Of a stretch of DNA of 64,000 nucleotides, positions 44,824 through 54,309 are shown one piece after another. The stretch is taken from NCBI GenBank assembly GCA_963703375.1, contig CAVPEF010000003.1:5762-69761 (forward strand). Reading direction: 5' to 3'. Under the pieces are notes generated by a model. That model was not told the DNA's origin. It saw nothing but the letters and a program-made list of their open reading frames with translations, and did no database searches. The number at the start of each line of letters is the position of its first letter. The stretch's first letter is position 1. This DNA is from an uncultured beta proteobacterium. GTDB taxonomy: Bacteria > Pseudomonadota > Gammaproteobacteria > Burkholderiales > Burkholderiaceae_C. Made by a program: the position numbers and the translations under genes.

Positions 44824-45992
44824 CGCAGTCCCAGTCCTTTCGCAATAATTCCCCGCAGAATCTCCCGCGTGCCACCGCGCAGAGAGAACGACGGCGCCGC
44901 CAGAGTCAGCAAGTTCAGCACCTGGTCAAAATCACTGCCGTCGCCCAGCTTGTCGGGGAAAAGCTCGTAAGCAATATCGGGCAGCGACTGCTCTAGAAGC
45001 GCACCCTGGTCCTTGACGATGGAGGCGGCCAGTGACGGGTCGTCCCCGTTGGACATCATCAGTGCGATCCCTTGCGACATCTGCCGCAGGCTGGCGTAGC
45101 GCGCAATGAGCTTGCCGATGGCAACGCTCTGCTGGCGGTTGTCAGGATCAGCCTCATCCAGCATCTCCAGGAGTAGCTGCGTGCTGCTCAGAAACCGTTC
45201 TGCGCCCGAGCGCTCGAACTTCAGCTCATTGGTCACCTGGTTCCAGCCCTTGCCCTCTTCGCCGACCAGGTGGTCGTCGGGCACAAACACATCGTCCAGA
45301 ATTACTTCATTGAAGATCCGCGTACCCAACTGCGAGACGATGGGCCGCACGCTCACGCCGGGGCAGTCCATTTCTATGAAGATCTGGCTCATGCCGGCGT
45401 GGCGGTCCTCCCCCTTGTCACTGGTGCGAACGAGGGCGACCATATAGTGCGCATGGTGCGCGCCGGACGTCCACACCTTGCGGCCATTGATCTTCCATCC
45501 TCCTTCTACCTTGGTGCCCCGGGTGCGGATGGAAGCCAGGTCCGAGCCCGAATCCGGTTCGCTCATACCAATGCAGATGAAAGCCTCACCCCGGCGGATC
45601 TGAGGAATGATTTTGGGCGCGAGCTTGTCCTTGCTATAACGGATGAGCAATGGCCCCATCTGCCGATCGGCTGCCCAGTGCGCCCCCATGGGTGCTCCCA
45701 CAGCCAACAACTCCTCCAGCATCACATAGCGTTCCAACATGCTTTTGCCGCCCCCACCACTCTCGGTCGGCCAAGTCATGCCCAGCCACCCCTTTTCGCC
45801 CATCATCTTGGAGAAGGCAGGGTCTCGGCCGGTCCAGTTATGGGCTTGCTGGACCTTCGAATACTTCGCCATGCTTCTTCTGGCAAAGGCCCTCACGTCC
45901 GCCCGAAGCTCTTCGCATTCGGGGGGCAGCTCCCCTACCTTGATGTGCAGTGCATCCATTTCTTTCCTCACTTGCTTGCGTTCAAGCAACAA
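44820..45992 (-). CDS. Acyl-CoA dehydrogenase (start may be ATG 45959)
   Basis: GWLGMTWP, CIGMSEPDSGSDLAS, INGRKVWTS, FNEVILDDVFVP, FSLRGGTREILR. Confidence 0.92.
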   Translation of the reverse strand: MLLERKQVRKEMDALHIKVGELPPECEELRADVRAFARRSMAKYSKVQQAHNWTGRDPAFSKMMGEKGWLGMTWPTESGGGGKSMLERYVMLEELLAVGAPMGAHWAADRQMGPLLIRYSKDKLAPKIIPQIRRGEAFICIGMSEPDSGSDLASIRTRGTKVEGGWKINGRKVWTSGAHHAHYMVALVRTSDKGEDRHAGMSQIFIEMDCPGVSVRPIVSQLGTRIFNEVILDDVFVPDDHLVGEEGKGWNQVTNELKFERSGAERFLSSTQLLLEMLDEADPDNRQQSVAIGKLIARYASLRQMSQGIALMMSNGDDPSLAASIVKDQGALLEQSLPDIAYELFPDKLGDGSDFDQVLNLLTLAAPSFSLRGGTREILRGIIAKGLGLR

Positions 45993-46050
45993 TGTATATT
46001 CAACATGGCAGTTCCAATCTAGGTACTAACGATTAGAAGTGAGACAACAC

Positions 46051-47238
46051 ATGAATGGAATGAAGACGATGAACGTAGCTGACCACAACCAAGCTCCCAA
46101 CCGTGGCCCGCTCACCGGCATCAGGGTGCTGGACTTGACTGCCGTGGTGCTGGGGCCGGTGGCCACCCAGGTATTGGCAGACTATGGAGCTGATGTGATC
46201 AAAGTAGAGCCGCCCGAAGGCGACCTGATGCGCGCCAATGGCATGAGTCGCACGCCCGGCATGAGCTCAACCTTCATGAACATCAACCGCAACAAAAGCT
46301 CGGTGTGCATTGACCTCAAGACGCAGCAAGGCAAGGTGCAGTTGCGCGAGCTCATCGCCCAGTGCGACGTGCTGGTGCATAACATCCGCGTCAAGGCCAT
46401 GGAGCGCCTCGGTTTTGGCTACGCGGAGGCTGCACAGATCAACCCCGGCATCATCTACTGCGCGGCCACTGGCTTCGAAGAAGGCAGCGTGTTCGCAGGG
46501 CAACCAGCATTTGATGACATCATCCAGGGCGCTTGTGGCCTTGCCCACTTGGTGGGCCATGAAAGCGGCGTGCCAGAATACCCCCCCACCCTGCTGGCTG
46601 ACAAGATTGCAGGACTCGCCACAGCGAACGCGGTCCTAGGCGCGCTGGTGTACAAGAGCCGTACTGGGGAAGGCCAGTATGTGGAAGTGCCCATGTTCGA
46701 GACCATGGTTGCCTTCACAATGACCGAGCACCTGGGCGGCCAAGGCTTTTACCCACCGATTGGCGATGCAGGCTATGCCCGGTTGCTCAAGGGAGGGCGC
46801 AAGCCGTCACCCACCAAGGATGGGTACATCGCCCTGCTGCCCTATACCGAGCAGCACTGGAAAGCGTTCTTCCACCGTTTTGGACGTGGTGAATTCATTG
46901 ACCAGTTCAACATCAGCAGCCGCACTGAACGCAACAAGAACATCCAGTCCATCTATGCGGAGCTTCGCAACATCACCGCGCAGTACACCACCCAGGAGAT
47001 GATGGAGGTGTGCCGCGAGATGGACATTCCCGTGGCCGAGATGTACTCCATCCACACCATTCAAACGCACCCCCAGGTGCAAAGCACTGGTTTGTTCCAG
47101 ACCCTAACGCATCCCACAGAAGGCAAAGTGGTAACCACCAGGCCCACGGCCCTGTTCTCTAAAACCCCCACTGCCGTCTATAAGCCAGCTCCCAACCTGG
47201 GCGAAGATACCGAGCGGTCGCTGGGTGGGTGGGCCTAG
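46051..47238 (+). CDS. CaiB/BaiF (family III) CoA-transferase
   Basis: PLTGIRVLDLT, LADYGADVIKVEPPEGD, NRNKSS, AFDDIIQG, APNLGEDT. Confidence 0.93.
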   Translation: MNGMKTMNVADHNQAPNRGPLTGIRVLDLTAVVLGPVATQVLADYGADVIKVEPPEGDLMRANGMSRTPGMSSTFMNINRNKSSVCIDLKTQQGKVQLRELIAQCDVLVHNIRVKAMERLGFGYAEAAQINPGIIYCAATGFEEGSVFAGQPAFDDIIQGACGLAHLVGHESGVPEYPPTLLADKIAGLATANAVLGALVYKSRTGEGQYVEVPMFETMVAFTMTEHLGGQGFYPPIGDAGYARLLKGGRKPSPTKDGYIALLPYTEQHWKAFFHRFGRGEFIDQFNISSRTERNKNIQSIYAELRNITAQYTTQEMMEVCREMDIPVAEMYSIHTIQTHPQVQSTGLFQTLTHPTEGKVVTTRPTALFSKTPTAVYKPAPNLGEDTERSLGGWA

Positions 47239-47771
47239 AGAACCCTTCCCTTTTGGAGCTCAGCTTTGCCAGGCGATATCACCTCAACGTTGGTTCAGGT
47301 GCCTGCGCTTCGCGGGTAACTGCTTCGAATTGCAGTAACTGCTTGTGCCCCACCTCAGTCTTCCATTGCACTGAAGTCCGGCACAGCAAGCGTCGCTTCC
47401 TGAGAACCACGACGCTTTCCGCGACTGCCGTTGCCAATGTCTGTTAACGGATCCGCCGCTTTTCGTTCTGCCTATTTACAGGGCAAGACCGCGTACATGC
47501 ATTGGTATCCGATGCTGCCATTGCCTGCTTACCTTCGCCCTCTACGATTCTCAGCTTTACGCCAGGAGTCCCGCGGCGCATTGTGTCTAAGCCCATATAC
47601 AAGCCAGCCACAACTGTGAGGTGATTTTTGCTTGTTAACGTCCGCTAAAGCTGGACGAGCTTAGCCGAATTCATCCTACAGCCCGCTTCGCTTGACGCTG
47701 ACCCAGGCAAACGGAGCGCGCAGTTAATCTCTTATCGGAGTCCATTGCTTCAATATCGCCAGGAGAAACTC

Positions 47772-48128
47772 ATGAATACACCAAATACAGCATCAAGCGT
47801 CATCTCCTCTGAAAAGGTCAATGGCACAGACGTCTACAACCCGGCGGGCGAGAAGCTGGGCTCGATCGAGTCGCTCATGATCGACAAACTCTCGGGCAAG
47901 GTTCGCTACGCTGTCATGGAGTTCGGCGGCTTTCTGGGCATTGGCACTGACCGCTACCCATTGCCGTGGGACACCCTGAAGTACGACACGGGCATGGGCG
48001 GGTACGTGGTCACGCTTGCCAGGGAGCAGCTTGAAAACGCGCCCCGCTATGCACAGGACACCGAGCCCGAGTACAACGAAGAATACGGGCGCCGGGTGAA
48101 CGAATACTACGGCGTTCCTTATATTTAA
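47772..48128 (+). CDS. PRC-barrel domain protein
   Basis: VNGTDVYNPAGEKLGSI..MIDKLSGKVRYAVMEFGGFLGIG..YPLPW; RBS AGGAG. Confidence 0.9.
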   Translation: MNTPNTASSVISSEKVNGTDVYNPAGEKLGSIESLMIDKLSGKVRYAVMEFGGFLGIGTDRYPLPWDTLKYDTGMGGYVVTLAREQLENAPRYAQDTEPEYNEEYGRRVNEYYGVPYI

Positions 48129-48141
48129 AGCGACCAAACCG

Positions 48142-48162
48142 AGCCGCCCTCGGGCGGCTTTT
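48142..48162 (+). terminator. Intrinsic terminator after the PRC-barrel gene
   Basis: AGCCGCCC-TC-GGGCGGCT followed by T-tract. Confidence 0.7.
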
Positions 48163-48266
48163 ACGCCCCTTGCGGCCTGCTCCGACTCACCGGGCCGCCG
48201 CCAGTCGCAGCAGCGCCATCAGCGCGAACTCGTTGCGCTGACCCGGTCCTGGTCATAAAGGGGGTA

Positions 48267-49301
48267 TCAGTTGCCAGGCGAGACGGTATCCAAACGCTGC
48301 ACAGCGGCCACAGCGGCCTGGCGCCCAGCATCGGACAGCGTGAGCGCGATGTGCCCCGTAGCGGGCACGAGCGTCACCCGAATGTCTTTGCGCCCGGCAT
48401 CATCGAACAGCGCTCGGAATTTGTCCGCTCGGAAAAGCTCATCCTCTTGTCCTGCGATGACCTCGGCAGGCGCGGCGATGGACCGTATGTTCGTTTTGTA
48501 GTCGTCCTGAGGCCTAAAGTTCGCGGTGAGCCCATAAGAATACGACTGCACCAAATCTGCCTTAGGGTTGTTCGAGACGGCCAGCCTGATCACGGGAAGG
48601 TCGTTGAGGGGTGTCAGGCCGATTCGGTTGAGCACGTCGAGCGCGACAAGGCGTGGCACCCCTACTGAGACCCAGCCCGCCGTGTCTGTCTTTCGGTTCG
48701 TCACAGCCGCATGGTGAATGTACGGGGACATGAACAAGAAGTTGTCGAACAGAGCCCCGCGTAGACTGCCGGCCACTCGCAGCGCGAAACCACCTCCCGA
48801 AGAAAAACCCACCAGAGTCCGTGGCTTGGCGGGGCGCGTCGCCTTCACAAAGTCCTCGAGATCATCGTCGAGCTGACCGATGTAGCCGATGCGTCCCCTC
48901 TGACCCGACTGTCCGTGGCCACGGATGTCAAAGGCGTAGACCGTGTAGCCAGCCGCAGCGAAGCTTTGGGCCAATGGGTGGACACTCTGGCTGTTGGCCG
49001 ACGAGCCATGAACGAGCATCACGCTACCTCGTCCAGGCGTTCCGGGTACCGGTGCGTACTGGCGGTAGGCCAGTGGCGTGCCGTCCCGTGCGGTAAAACG
49101 GCTGAGTGCCGGCAGGCCTTCAAAGCGGACGGCCCCGAATGGATCGCTGATGCTGACGAGAGGAGGCAGAGGCTTGGGCCCGCCCAGCACCAAACAGCCA
49201 GCCAATACGACCACGCTGGCAAGCACCAAATTGCCCAAGCCCACTACAACTCTTCGCACCGGTCTGCGTTGAGGTTCGCGAGAAGAGGAAGCAGTCGGCA
49301 T
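48267..49301 (-). CDS. Membrane-anchored alpha/beta hydrolase
   Basis: N-terminal TM, MLVHGSS, DIRGHGQSG, GFSSGG nucleophile elbow, C-terminal GH. Confidence 0.82.
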   Translation of the reverse strand: MPTASSSREPQRRPVRRVVVGLGNLVLASVVVLAGCLVLGGPKPLPPLVSISDPFGAVRFEGLPALSRFTARDGTPLAYRQYAPVPGTPGRGSVMLVHGSSANSQSVHPLAQSFAAAGYTVYAFDIRGHGQSGQRGRIGYIGQLDDDLEDFVKATRPAKPRTLVGFSSGGGFALRVAGSLRGALFDNFLFMSPYIHHAAVTNRKTDTAGWVSVGVPRLVALDVLNRIGLTPLNDLPVIRLAVSNNPKADLVQSYSYGLTANFRPQDDYKTNIRSIAAPAEVIAGQEDELFRADKFRALFDDAGRKDIRVTLVPATGHIALTLSDAGRQAAVAAVQRLDTVSPGN

Positions 49302-49399
49302 GGGCCCTACTCCAAGTACGAAGGCAAGAGGCATGTGGCATGTCCACATTCGCTGGCGTTGGGCAATAGCTAGGCCGAGCAATGTCAGTCTGGGCCAAC

Positions 49400-49793
49400 C
49401 CTGGCTGGATGTCCAGGTCCTGGCGGTATTGAGGTCTGGTTGGCGTGCACCGGCGCGTGCATTGAACAAGGCGAGGCAGCCAACGCGCTTTCGAGCGAGG
49501 TGTTTTCCCATCGGAGAAGGAGATTCGTGACCGCAGCTTCGAACAGCAGCGCTAGCGCGCCTGCGGGCTGAACCCGAGCGACGTCCGTGCTGTGGAGCGC
49601 GGTTTACCTGGAGCGTGCTGCCGGCGTGCGGCGCCGCCACGTTTTCTCCGTAGACGACGCCATGCTGCGGTGCTTGTTGCAGCCGGGGTGGGAGCGCATC
49701 AACTCCACGAGCGACTATCCTTGGCGCAGTACGTCCCAAAGCGGCTCAGAGAAGATCGTTTCGCTTTCGCCGCTCACTGGAGGCGCAGCGTAA
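49400..49793 (+). pseudogene. tnpA: Decayed 3' end of a Tn3-family (Tn21/Tn501-like) transposase
   Basis: Across frames: LNK(G)EAANAL, EIRDRSFEQQR*RACGLN, VLWSAVYLERA, VDDAML, GWERINSTSDYPWRS; resembles the recalled Tn21 TnpA C-terminus. Confidence 0.8.
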
Positions 49794-49822
49794 TTTGCCG
49801 TCCGCTCTCTGAGACGATTCCC
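49785..49822 (-). repeat. Degenerate ~38-bp Tn21-like terminal inverted repeat
   Basis: Minus strand GGGAATCGTCTCAGAGAGCGGACGGCAAATTACGCTG vs recalled Tn21 IR GGGGTCGTCTCAGAAAACGGAAAATAAAGCACGCTAAG; overlaps the tnpA end as expected. Confidence 0.7.
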
Positions 49823-49833
49823 AATCGCTGCAT

Positions 49834-50592
49834 CTATTTTTCTTGCAGGATCTTGCGTCCATACTTGGCGCGGGTTCTCAGCAACTGCATTTTCCGGAAA
49901 GGCTGCACAGCCAACGCCTCGGGGTTTACGGTTTCGCGCAGCACCTGCAAAATTTTGACGCCCGTGACAGAGAGATCTTCCGAGATCGCCTTTTCCAGCA
50001 AGGCGCGATCTTGGGTGCACAACGCCAGGATGACGTCATCGTGCGGGTGGTGCCCGGACACATCCATGCCACGCCCTTCCTCGTAGAGAAAGCCAATACT
50101 CGGACCAGTGATCGCCCACAGCGTCCGGATCATCGTCATCAGATACGACTTGCGGTCCTCGCCGTACAGCGCAAAGTGGAACTGCACGTTGGCGCGCAGA
50201 ATCTGCCGCACATCGCCAACGGCCTTGGCTGCCAGCATCTGTCGATGCAGCTGCTCGAGCTTCTCGATCCCTTCGGGCGTCCACCCTGCCATCACCTTGA
50301 CGGCCGCCATGACCTCGAGCTTGTTGCGGATAGCGCGCACTTCGGCCAGATGCTCCACCGATGGAATGGGCACGCGAACACTGAAGCCCCGCTGGCCCAC
50401 GAGTATGTCCTTGGCCACCAGCTGCAGCAGCGCCTCGCGGCACGGGGTCTGGCTGATCCCCTGGAAGTCTTCAGATTCGAGCATCTCCCGCAGCTTGAAC
50501 GTGTGCCCTGGCGGGTATTCGCCATAGATCAGCTGCTCCAGGAGCCGCTCCCGCACTACGTCCGTGTGATTTAGCTCTGTCATAGCGCCCAT
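49834..50592 (-). CDS. GntR family (FCD) regulator
   Basis: LIYGEYPPG, GISQTPCREALLQL, ANVQFHFALY, HDDVILAL. Confidence 0.9.
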   Translation of the reverse strand: MGAMTELNHTDVVRERLLEQLIYGEYPPGHTFKLREMLESEDFQGISQTPCREALLQLVAKDILVGQRGFSVRVPIPSVEHLAEVRAIRNKLEVMAAVKVMAGWTPEGIEKLEQLHRQMLAAKAVGDVRQILRANVQFHFALYGEDRKSYLMTMIRTLWAITGPSIGFLYEEGRGMDVSGHHPHDDVILALCTQDRALLEKAISEDLSVTGVKILQVLRETVNPEALAVQPFRKMQLLRTRAKYGRKILQEK

Positions 50593-50702
50593 CTAAGTGT
50601 TAACCCCAGTGACATGTACGCACATTGTTTGATGTACTCAGGCACCAAGTGCATTATTTTATAAAAAGATGCAGTTTTCTCGAAACTCGGAGATATCCCT
50701 GA

Positions 50703-52430
50703 ATGCTCAAGCCCCTCTCGAACCCCGGTCTCAACGCGCATGAAACTGTAGGCCACATTGTCGCCAAGACACTCAAGAAGCACGGCATCACGCAATTTTT
50801 CGGCCAGAGTCTGCCAAGCATGTTCGTCCTAGCAGCAGAAGAACTGGGCATCAAGCAGATCGCTTACCGAACGGAGAATGCCGGCGGCTACATGGCCGAT
50901 GCGTATGCCCGCATGACCAACACGCCGGCCGTGATCACGGCACAAAACGGCCCTGCCGCAACCCTGCTGGTGGCTCCCCTGGCCGAAGCCATGAAGGTTT
51001 CTATCCCGGTGATTGCTCTGGTGCAAGACGTTGCCCGCGACCAAACCGACAAGAACGCCTTTCAGGACCTCGACCACATGGGCCTGTTCAAGCCGGTGAC
51101 CAAGTGGGTGCGCCGCGTTGACCAGGCCTCGCGTGTCGAGGACTATGTCGAGCAAGCCATCATTGCCGCATGCAGTGGACGCCCTGGGCCTGTCGCGCTG
51201 ATGCTGCCGGCGGATCTGCTGACGGAGCCAGGCGTGCTGTCAAGCGTTCCCCGCACTTCCAACCTGGGCCATTTCCCTCTGGACCGCTCGACGCCGGACC
51301 GCTCGCTGCTCGAGCAAGCGGTGGACGCTCTGCTCCATGCCAAGAACCCGGTGATCATTGCGGGCGGCGGCGTGCACGGCTCGGGCGCCCACGATGAGCT
51401 GGTTGAATTCGCTCAAGCCATGACGCTGCCGGTGGGTACCACCAACATGGGCAAGGGTTCGGTGGACGAAACCGCTCCCCTGTCGCTCGGCGTCATGGCC
51501 AACTGCATGGGCCCCAATGCCTCTGGCCGCTACCTCAAGGACTTCATCACCGGCGCCGACGTCGTGCTGCTGATCGGCAACCGCACCAACCAAAATGGCA
51601 CGGACAGCTGGACGCTCTATCCCAAGAATGCCCAGTTCATCCACTTGGACATCGACGGCACCGAGATCGGTCGCAACTACGATGCCATGCGCCTGGTGGG
51701 CGATGCCAAGCTGGCGTTGGCCGCTATGACGGAAATTGCCAATGGCAAAGACCTCACTGCCCGCGCCGTCCAGAAGGAGGCCCTGGCCATGCGCATTGCC
51801 AAGGGCAAGAAGCGGCACCTGGAGGAATCTCAGGCAGTGCGCACCAGCGGCGAGAGCCCGATCCGTCCTGAGCGCATCATGCAAGAGCTGGACAAGCTGC
51901 TCACCACCGACGACACCGTCGTGACGGATGCGAGCTACTCCACGCTGTGGGTGACGAACTATCTCACTTGCCGCAAGCCGGGCCAGCGTTTCCTCACGCC
52001 CCGCGGCCTGGCCGGTCTGGGCTGGGGCATGCCCATGGCCATGGGTGCGCGCCTGGCCAAGAAGGAAGGCCACGTCTTTGCCCTGGTCGGTGACGGCGGC
52101 TTTGCCCACGTCTGGTCGGAGATGGAGACATGCAAACGCATGGGCATCAAGGTCATCACCCTGCTGATCAACAACGGCATCTTGGGCTACCAGAAGCACG
52201 CCGAAAACGTGAAGTTCGGTGAGCACACCACTGCGGTGCATTTCTCGGGGGTGGACCACGCTGCGGTGGCCCGAGCCTGCGGCATCAATGGAGTACGCGT
52301 CAGCGACCCAGCTGAGATAGCCACTGCCCTCAAGACCGCCATGGCCGCCGAGGACTCCACGCTGATCGAGGTCATGTGCACCGAAAACGCCTTCCCTCCC
52401 ATCACTTTCTACACACCCGAGGCCAACTGA
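50703..52430 (+). CDS. ThDP-dependent acetolactate-synthase-like enzyme
   Basis: YRTENAGGYMADAYAR, QNGPAATL, GRPGPV, GWGMPMAMGA, GDGGF..NNG ThDP motif. Confidence 0.9.
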   Translation: MLKPLSNPGLNAHETVGHIVAKTLKKHGITQFFGQSLPSMFVLAAEELGIKQIAYRTENAGGYMADAYARMTNTPAVITAQNGPAATLLVAPLAEAMKVSIPVIALVQDVARDQTDKNAFQDLDHMGLFKPVTKWVRRVDQASRVEDYVEQAIIAACSGRPGPVALMLPADLLTEPGVLSSVPRTSNLGHFPLDRSTPDRSLLEQAVDALLHAKNPVIIAGGGVHGSGAHDELVEFAQAMTLPVGTTNMGKGSVDETAPLSLGVMANCMGPNASGRYLKDFITGADVVLLIGNRTNQNGTDSWTLYPKNAQFIHLDIDGTEIGRNYDAMRLVGDAKLALAAMTEIANGKDLTARAVQKEALAMRIAKGKKRHLEESQAVRTSGESPIRPERIMQELDKLLTTDDTVVTDASYSTLWVTNYLTCRKPGQRFLTPRGLAGLGWGMPMAMGARLAKKEGHVFALVGDGGFAHVWSEMETCKRMGIKVITLLINNGILGYQKHAENVKFGEHTTAVHFSGVDHAAVARACGINGVRVSDPAEIATALKTAMAAEDSTLIEVMCTENAFPPITFYTPEAN

Positions 52431-53197
52431 TGCGCGCGCAATCGAACCAACCTTCTCGCGTGGCCCTGGTCACGGGCGCCGCCCAAGGCATCGGCCTTGC
52501 TACCGCCATCGAGCTGCTGTCGGATGGCCGCAAGGTCATCCTCACCGACCTGCGCCAGCCCGACCTGGAGGAGCTCCCTGAGCATCTGCGCCACAACGCT
52601 GTCAGCCACGTGCTCGATGTCTCTGACGACGGAGCCTGTCGCAGCTTGATGGCCCAGATCAACGGCGACCATGGCGGTGTCGACATCCTCGTCAACAACG
52701 CCGGCCTCAGCCTCAAGAACGCGTCCGGACAGTCCAACGGTATCCTGGACGTTGACCCCAGCGAAGTTCAGAAGATGATCGACGTGAACGTGTTGGCCAT
52801 CCTGCGCATGTGCCAGCTCGCGTTGCCCGGAATGAAAGCCAAGGGTTGGGGCCGCATCGTCAACGTCTCGTCTCTGGCCGGCCGCAGCAAGTCGGTCGTT
52901 GCGGGGCCCGTCTACATGCTGACCAAGTCGGCGGTGCTGGGCTTGAGCCGATCCATCGCCTCCGAAATGGCCGAGTTCGGTATCACCACCAACTGCGTCG
53001 CCCCCGGGCGGATCCTCACCCAAATGGCCTTGCAAGCCGGTGAGGAAGTCAACCGCCGCTATGCGGCCCAAATTCCTGTGAAGCGTATTGGCGAAGCGAA
53101 GGAAGTGGGTGCGGCAATCACCTATCTGTGCAGTGAGGCTGCAGGGTTCACCAACGGCGCCGTGATCGATGTCAACGGCGGATTCTTCATGCCCTGA
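52430..53197 (+). CDS. Short-chain dehydrogenase/reductase
   Basis: VTGAAQGIG, LVNNAG, YMLTK (YxxxK), VAPGRI, DVNGG; TGATG coupling to the upstream gene. Confidence 0.92.
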   Translation: MRAQSNQPSRVALVTGAAQGIGLATAIELLSDGRKVILTDLRQPDLEELPEHLRHNAVSHVLDVSDDGACRSLMAQINGDHGGVDILVNNAGLSLKNASGQSNGILDVDPSEVQKMIDVNVLAILRMCQLALPGMKAKGWGRIVNVSSLAGRSKSVVAGPVYMLTKSAVLGLSRSIASEMAEFGITTNCVAPGRILTQMALQAGEEVNRRYAAQIPVKRIGEAKEVGAAITYLCSEAAGFTNGAVIDVNGGFFMP

Positions 53198-53261
53198 TGT
53201 GCCGGCCAACGGCATTCGCCCCAACCGCCATTGAGATGGCCCCCTTAACGAGGAGACAACC

Positions 53262-54251
53262 ATGAAATACAGCAACACCCCTTCCAAGCGTGCGTTCCTT
53301 ATGGCTTGTGCCACCGGTATTTGTACAGCCAGTCTGCCCATGGTGTCTTTCGCTCAGGATGTTTCCAAGTTTCCTGAGCGCGAAGTCACGATGGTCATCA
53401 ACTATGGCGCGGGCGGAAACACCGATGTCGCTTCGCGCGCGATCGGCAACGCCATCGAGGGCATCCTGAAGAAGCCGGTGGTGCCCAACAACCGCGCTGG
53501 TGCACAGGGGACGCTGGGTGTGTCCAACCTGGCCAAGCAGCGTCCTGATGGCTACACCCTCGGGGTGGTCACCTTCTCGACGATTGCGATCACTCCGCAC
53601 CTGATGAACGTCGACTACACGGTGGACAACTTCGACTTCATCGCCGGCGTTGCTCGCTACCGTTACGGTCTGGCTGTGTTGGCAGACTCGCCTTATAAGA
53701 CGGTGCAAGACCTCGTGCACGCTGCCAAGACCGGTAAAGGTATCTTCTTTGGCGCCCCATCTGCGCCCAACAACATTGCGATGTTTGAACTAGGTCGCAA
53801 AACCGGCTCCAAATTCGAGCAGGTGAGCTACAAGTCGGGCGCAGAAACGGTCACGGCCCTGCTGGGCGGCCACGTCGACGTGATTGTGCAAAACCCCTCG
53901 GACATAGTCCCCCACGTGAAGTCCGGAAAGATGCGCTTTCTGGCGAGCGCCAGCCCCATGCGCTGGAAAGAACTGCCGGACGTGCCGACGCTGAAGGAAC
54001 AGGGCTTCGACGTGGAAATCGACTCCTGGATCGGTCTGGCCTATCCCAAGGGAACGCCCAAGCCGATCCGCGACAAGATGGAAAAGGCTGCGATGGCTGC
54101 AGCCGTGAGTCCACAGCTGGCGCCGATTCTCGAAACCGCGGGTGTGGATCCTGCAGCCCTGTCAGGGGATGAATACCGCGCCAAGCTGATCGCGGGCCGC
54201 GACCAGATGGGTGTGGCCATCAAGGCCGCGAACCTGCCCCGCATGAATTGA
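53262..54251 (+). CDS. Bug/TctC substrate-binding protein
   Basis: FPEREVTMVINYGAGGNTD, NRAGAQG, PDGYT, LLGGHVD, LPDVPTLKEQG. Confidence 0.92.
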   Translation: MKYSNTPSKRAFLMACATGICTASLPMVSFAQDVSKFPEREVTMVINYGAGGNTDVASRAIGNAIEGILKKPVVPNNRAGAQGTLGVSNLAKQRPDGYTLGVVTFSTIAITPHLMNVDYTVDNFDFIAGVARYRYGLAVLADSPYKTVQDLVHAAKTGKGIFFGAPSAPNNIAMFELGRKTGSKFEQVSYKSGAETVTALLGGHVDVIVQNPSDIVPHVKSGKMRFLASASPMRWKELPDVPTLKEQGFDVEIDSWIGLAYPKGTPKPIRDKMEKAAMAAAVSPQLAPILETAGVDPAALSGDEYRAKLIAGRDQMGVAIKAANLPRMN

Positions 54252-54269
54252 CCAACCCACTTCACCAAC

Positions 54270-54290
54270 AGGCCCTTCGGGGCCTTTCTT
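54270..54290 (+). terminator. Hairpin/terminator between the Bug gene and gabD
   Basis: AGGCCC-TTCG-GGGCCT followed by TTCTT. Confidence 0.6.
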
Positions 54291-54309
54291 ATAGATCACA
54301 GGATCTCCG

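Noticed and set aside
47240-47740. Intergenic region as ncRNA or small ORFs
   Set aside because: No recognisable motif, stable long hairpin or coding signature could be supported by eye.
48267-49739. 490-aa extended alpha/beta hydrolase
   Set aside because: The N-terminal ~145 aa run antisense through the Tn3 remnant; the plausible start is ATG 49301 before the TM helix.
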